From assembly GCA_026914245.1 (NCBI GenBank), contig CP110439.1, positions 8,432,001 through 8,496,000 on the forward strand: a DNA stretch of 64,000 bases. The letters are read 5' to 3'. Positions within the stretch are counted from its first letter, which is position 1, and each line of letters opens with the position of its first letter. The notes beneath the pieces are model-generated. The model did no database searches. It had not been told where the DNA came from and was given only the letters and a program-made list of their open reading frames with translations. Shown here one piece after another: positions 60,442 to 64,000 of this stretch. This DNA comes from Puccinia triticina. Its lineage: Eukaryota. Both the position numbers and the translations under genes were made by a program.

Positions 60442-62430
60442 AATGTGGAACTCCGACCGGTGCTGGGCCGTCGGCAGTTACTGGAAGGGAATGTTGCGCT
60501 GTGCGCTGCCTTCGCGGTGGTCCGGGGGAGATTCTAGGATTCGAGAGATAGCGGAATTTTTGGGGGGGGGATTTTGGTTTGAGACGACGAGAGGTAGATT
60601 CCCGTCGGCGGTGGTTTGTTTGTTGAGAATCTGGGGAAAAGCCGGCGAACTGGACCGGGGAACAGTGATCTTAAGGAGAGGAATCTGGAAGAGGATCCGC
60701 GCGGGGCTGAGAGGAGAAACTCAGAAGCTCTGCGAGTATATCGGTGAACAAGGATCAATAAACTTTTTAGATTCGAGTTGATGAGATGATCTGACAAAGA
60801 AAATTTTGGTTCAGACGAAATCCCATGCCGCCCCATTGTCTGAGTTCAAACTGAACTCAGACTCCGGGGACCGCGACATGCTGCGGACAAGTCATCATAC
60901 ACCCACGCGCACAAGCGCGCAACAACAACCAGGGGAAACAGAAAGGAAAAGAAAACAAAACACAGTAATAGGAAGCAGGAAAGAAAGAACCAACAGTGAA
61001 AAAAAAAAAAAAAAAAAAAAAACAAAGAGGAAAGGAAAAAGACAGAAAAACTTAAGACGCGCAATGCCAAGTAAGAAAGGAAACAGAAGCCAGAAACCAA
61101 ACAAGGAAACAAAACCCACAGCAGATGCTGTGTTAGGACCAAGAAAGAGAAGAGGGGGGGGAAAGAAGGGGGAAGGAAGGAAAAAGACCTAGGAAAGGGA
61201 GAGTTAAAGAAATGAGCAGGGATGAAGTGCCCGAATCTTGAGGATCTTGACGCTTGGAAGAGGGGAAAATTCTTGATGCTTGATGGTCTTGCCGCCGCTG
61301 CGTCTCGAATGGAAAAATGATTGAAAACGGAATGAATCGCCGACACTACGAGATTGATCACCACAGCGGTTGAATAGCACTGCTAGCGCTGATAGCGGCG
61401 ATAGAGGCCCTGTAGTTTCAAGGGGTGCCTGTTAGCGGTAGCGGGCAATCACTGCCCGCTAACGGAAAACCCTGTCATTTGTAGTTTAGATCCGCTACGC
61501 TGCGCTGAACTACGGACTAAATGTAGCGTAGCAGCCCACTGTTGCTCCTTGGTCCAATCTCAAGACCCCTCAAGATTGAAACTCTCACCACATCGAACCC
61601 CTTTTCTCTGACTGAAAATCTCACATGCGTAAGAAGATTACTGCACAACGAGTCATATGCTGGGCGATTAATATCTTTAGCACATCTAGAAACATTTGGA
61701 ATAGGATTAGCATCCCGTGACTCTATCTCTTGAAACTAATGGAAAAATTATACCCACGTTTTACACTTCCATGCAATCATCCGACGTTGGAATTTAGCAA
61801 GCTGATCGGACAGGGTGGGTGACTCGTAGGATGCATACGCAGAACTAACTCGGTTGGATGCGAGTTTCTTTGCGTGCTCTACAGATTCAAAATATCAAGT
61901 TTGATCAGCAAAGTAAAACAAAAGAAAAAATACCAAAACAAAGTACCTAGACGCTGCTTTTCAGTTGTTTCAGTTCCCAACTGTGTGTTACTGGGGGTCT
62001 CTGAGTCAACATCTTCCTGTTTGTTGTTTGAATCCACAAGGGGGCAATCAGTGTGTTCTTCAGATTCTTGCCGACTTCGGTGCCTTTTACGGGTTCGTGT
62101 CATTGTTGCGTAGTCGGTACGGGATGGGGGAGACAGTACAGCGGGGGGGAGGGCCTCGACGGATATGAAAAGGGAGACAGGGGGCCCGGTCGGGGCCGGA
62201 GATACTGTGCTGCGCGGCCGTGGGCCAACAAGACATACACCCATGGGCGGGTGTGGGCGGGTGTGGCTGTAAATACCCGGGTACCTGCCACATTTCCCTT
62301 GGAATCCTAGATATCCGCATCCACATCCGCACCCGTTGGCGGGTACCCGACGGCCCACGCGGGTACCCGCCAGCAGATAGCAGGTACCCGCCCGCGGGTT
62401 CGTTTGGCCATCTCTAGTACTGTACAGCCC

Positions 62431-64000
62431 CGAACTTAACAAAGTCCCTCGAGACGTCGGGCCCCCGGGGGGTAGGCTGAACTCGCGAAGCGAGCCTCCG
62501 TCAGGAGGGACTTACCCCTTATCGCCCAAGACTCGCGTGGCTAGATTGGCATTTTGATGTACTTTTTGCGGAACTATTTATACAGCTCATGTACAGTAGT
62601 TAAGTTGCTATGTTTTTGGCTCAGTTTCACCGCAAGATGCTCAACAATGTAAGAAAAAAATAATGGCTGTTCTAGTACAACTGGTGACTCAGTACGAGCG
62701 AGAATGTGCAATGGAGCTTTTTTGAAGTTGCCGACTCTGCAAAGCACGGTCCTCCAAAATTATGCCTCAGCTTTTATCACGTGTCGACAGGATCGGAGAA
62801 ATGGGTACACCTGCGAGAAAGAACGATTGCGTACAACTTACCAGACAACCAGCACACTCGCTATATTCCCTGCCAACAATGTTGGATAGTGAGTCTAGTT
62901 CCAATGCTTCCGACTCGACCACCGCTTCAGAAGAGGAGGACGACCCATGGCCAGCTCCAGCCACAGGCAAAACAAGGTCGCTCACCCTTCCAGAATCAAT
63001 CACAAAACTAGGCCCAGAGGCCTTGTACGACTTAATACAAAATCGTGCTAGGGAGAGGTATGGCAACAAGCCAAAAGATATCCAAATCGCTGCAGTGATG
63101 GACTTGGTGAAGCGTAAAAATTCCTTTGTTCTCGCCGGTACAGGATTTGGGAAAACTCGTATTGCTGAAATGTACTGGGACTTGTTTCCCCAGGGAAAGA
63201 AAGCTGTGGTATTATCTCTCAACCCATTAGACTCTCTCGGGGACAACCAGGTATGCTACATGGTTTCTCATTTGCTGGTTCAAAGAAATATGATTGACAT
63301 TGCCTTCTGAACGAAAAAAGGTTTTAGAAAAAGAAACTGCAAAAAAACCCATAAGCGCTGTCAATCTAACAAAGATGAATCTGACTGAGAGTGTTGCAAA
63401 AAAGATAATCAACGGTGATTACTCATTTGTATACTTGGTGAGTTCTATTAAATGCTAATATGCAAATAATATAAAACTATCGAGTTGTACTGATGTTGTC
63501 TGAATCAATTCAGAGCCCCGAAGTTCTTCTGAATAACGCTTTGTTCCATCAGATCTTCTTCGATGAGAAGTTTCGAGATCGTTTAATTTCAACCGTGGTG
63601 GATGAAGCACACATGGTGTACATCTGGGGATTGGTCGCCAGCGGGAAAGCAAAGAAGATAATCTCGCATCTAAAACATCAAGACCGTGCCATATTTCGCC
63701 CTTTGTATGGGAAGCTGGGGAGTAAATTGGTGTTGACAAATGGAGTGCCTTTACTTCTCCTCTCAGCGACTTGTAGACCTATAGCCATTACTGGAATACT
63801 CAAGAGTCTGAAGCTCACCCGCGAGAATATATCAATTCAGAGAGCCGACTCACTCGGCCCGAAATTCGCATAATTCGTATACCTATGCAGGAGTCGTTGA
63901 CATCTTGCAATGATGTCCTTCGGCTTGATGGCCCTAAAGAACAGACACCTGACGCAAAAGTAGTCCCATCGTTAATATATTCAACCACTCGAGCCCTGAC
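62431..64000 (+). mobile_element. Helicase-encoding DNA transposon (AcademH-like), runs off the window
   Basis: Terminus cgaacttaacaaagtccc plus hairpins matches the 9-bp-TSD element at 7230. It begins exactly where the Copia sequence stops and is followed by a RecQ-like gene. Confidence 0.65.
62762..64000 (+). CDS. RecQ-like superfamily-2 helicase (partial, probably degenerate)
   Basis: Motifs AGTGFGKT, LNPLDSL, SPE, VVDEAH and LSAT. Introns ~63251-63320 and ~63439-63513. Apparent 1-nt frameshift near 63848. Confidence 0.85.

Larger units (their letters stand above)
52650..61365 (-). mobile_element. Full-length Ty3/Gypsy LTR retrotransposon, recent
   Basis: 922-bp LTRs (52650-53571, 60444-61365; about 7 differences by eye), 4-bp TSD gcgg, tRNA-Tyr PBS, polypurine tract (PPT) tggaggaga, and gag-PR-RT-RH-IN order. 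Confidence 0.96.
52509..61544. mobile_element. 7-bp-TSD MITE (related family) split by the Gypsy element
   Basis: Ends caacggtgggccgctacgcta...tagcgtagcagcccactgttg and TSD ctccttg (52502-52508, 61545-61551). Confidence 0.85.
52095..61623. mobile_element. Solo LTR (~486 bp once inserts are removed) inside hAT
   Basis: tgttgtcag...aatctca with flanks cgtg/catg. Removal restores the transposase frame CSNLLTHAGQC. Confidence 0.7.
49200..62416 (-). mobile_element. hAT DNA transposon (second copy type), interrupted by a 9.5-kb nest
   Basis: 8-bp TSD gtactgta (49192-49199, 62417-62424) and ends caaagatggc/gccatctcta. Transposase pieces: MTRTRKR (62103), RCFAHILNL, VLHPLFK, MALDIMSCP and ERTFSFGR. 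Confidence 0.9.
46769..62430 (+). mobile_element. Ty1/Copia retrotransposon remnant (5' LTR, gag, protease), host of the nest
   Basis: 102-bp LTR tgttg...caaca (46769-46870), PBS gattaagagtc, gag (MVNTR; NFNKWKR), zinc knuckle CLYCGVMDHWRSTC and protease VLDSGATHH. QVLY|SP resumes at 62425 after the hAT. Stops are present. Confidence 0.85.

Overview
Eukaryotic, intron-rich fungal DNA. Gene content and repeat types point to a rust fungus (Pucciniales; inference). Host genes: the 3' ~70% of a TOR kinase gene (1-6541), dynactin p62, an SH3/Bbc1-like protein, a tRNA-Gly(GCC), two small Cys-rich secreted effector candidates that share a cysteine/intron scaffold, and one larger secreted protein. 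Much of the rest is transposable elements, many of whose ends and target-site duplications (TSDs) can be read directly: two hAT elements, a near-intact Ty3/Gypsy element, a Copia remnant, solo LTRs, a LINE ORF1 remnant, a Harbinger element, foldback elements, 7-bp-TSD MITEs and AcademH-like helicase elements, including a six-level nest at 46.8-62.4 kb. The most striking item is a 321-bp miniature LTR retrotransposon (44972-45292). Its two identical 111-bp LTRs each contain a tRNA-like cloverleaf with Pol III A/B boxes, and its primer-binding site (PBS) matches the anticodon half of tRNA-Tyr. All calls were made by eye; no database searches were run.
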